DNA of 64,000 nt. Source: Phoronis australis. Lineage: Eukaryota > Animalia > Phoronida. Shown in pieces: positions 62,889-64,000 of this stretch. The stretch spans positions 935,793 to 999,792 of the forward strand of contig NMRA01000004.1 of NCBI GenBank assembly GCA_002633005.1, read 5' to 3'. The position numbers were made by a program, and so were the translations under genes. Numbering within the stretch: position 1 is the stretch's first letter; each line of letters starts with the position of its first letter. The notes under the pieces are model-generated. The model made no database searches, was not told where the DNA came from, and saw only the letters and a list, made by a program, of their open reading frames with translations.

Positions 62889-64000
62889 GCACTCAAAGGC
62901 GTTAAGCAATGACAACATTCCATTCACGAAGACGTGTAATCCATAGAGCAAGTTCCTTACGAGGAAAGGGAGTTCAATAAAGTCTTTGCAAGACATCGTC
63001 AAGGATTACAAACGAAGCACGTGATCACACTAGTTTCACTCGCGAGTATCTTGCGTCCACGGAACGCATCCCAGGATTGGCCTTTAAGAAGTATTTCAGT
63101 TAGCATATACCCAGCCTTGCCTGGCAAAGGTTTACTAACAACATACAATAAGTGTAATCAATGAGCTACCAAACTTGTTTACATGTAAATCTCTTTACAT
63201 TCCATTGAATACCTGCAAAATAAGACCGACAATTTCATGCATTTTGACAAATCACTAGCTTAACGTCAACACATTCGTTCTGCCTGGAAATGTTTGTTTC
63301 ACCAATCTTGAGTTGCTTTTAAACATAGGTATTGCATTTCAAAACCAGTGATGATACATGCTTGGGGCGAAAACAGAGCCATTACTCTACAATCGGAAAG
63401 TTATTCCATCGATAACTGACGGCCTGCACTCAAGCCTACTCGGAGGATATTCTCATCAAGCGCGGATACGGTGTCATTGTTGTTATATTTAAGGATGCCA
63501 CGATGGGTTAAAAATGGCCAACTTAAAAGTAAGACCCCATAGAAAACAAGAAGCCGTCAGCAACTTGCCTTACTCCACAACTCGATTTTTGTGACGTAGA
63601 CGCAAAATTGAGACAGTAGAGCTGGACTGCAGCCACAGTCAGTTTGCACTACTCCATTCGGCCTATGCTGGGTTTGGCGACAGTTTTTTGGGGTTGCATT
63701 GGAAGTTGTATTATTGAATTTGAATTGTTCGTGTTTGTGAACAGAATGGTAAAGAGGAAAGTCCATTTATTCAATTGTGCATTTTCTTTTCTTCAAAATG
63801 GCGGCCTCCTGCAGCATTTGACTAGTGATGTTTACCGACTGATGAGTCTTTCAAAAAGTCCTAAAACAATCCAAGGTTGTAAAATCGTTTGCATGGCACA
63901 CCTTTATAGCCAATTTATGTAATTTTAAGAGAATTTGACTTGAGAACTTATTGTAGGCTTATGCTGTGCATCAGTAGGGATGTGGTGATTATTGGCTCAA

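Noticed and set aside
62386-64000. Further ACE exons (HEXXH region)
   Set aside because: No recognisable ACE coding sequence was found; upstream exons presumably lie beyond the window.

Overview
Intron-rich, AT-rich eukaryotic (metazoan) genomic DNA. It looks like a draft assembly of a heterozygous marine invertebrate, possibly a deuterostome; the taxon is inference only. Four spliced genes were reconstructed by hand from GT-AG sites with consistent phases. ZC3H15/DFRP1 (minus, 12 exons, 425 aa) lies head-to-head with mitochondrial EF-Ts TSFM (plus, 6 exons, 321 aa). Guanylate kinase GUK1 (minus) has a candidate upstream exon adding a mitochondrial presequence, and its terminal exon is unresolved. 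The last three exons of an ACE-family peptidase (minus) end in a GPI-signal-like tail. Introns and spacers hold many MITE/fold-back elements, tRNA-derived SINE heads, decayed LINE and Penelope pieces, and minisatellites. The most notable signal is a young Penelope-like element inserted as an inverted pair with an 11-bp TSD. It carries a minimal U3-A8-variant hammerhead ribozyme motif, seen three times in the window. A 2.1-kb duplication in TSFM intron 1 is probably uncollapsed haplotypes. Most ORFs in the supplied track are spurious. I found no convincing evidence of a wholly new system.
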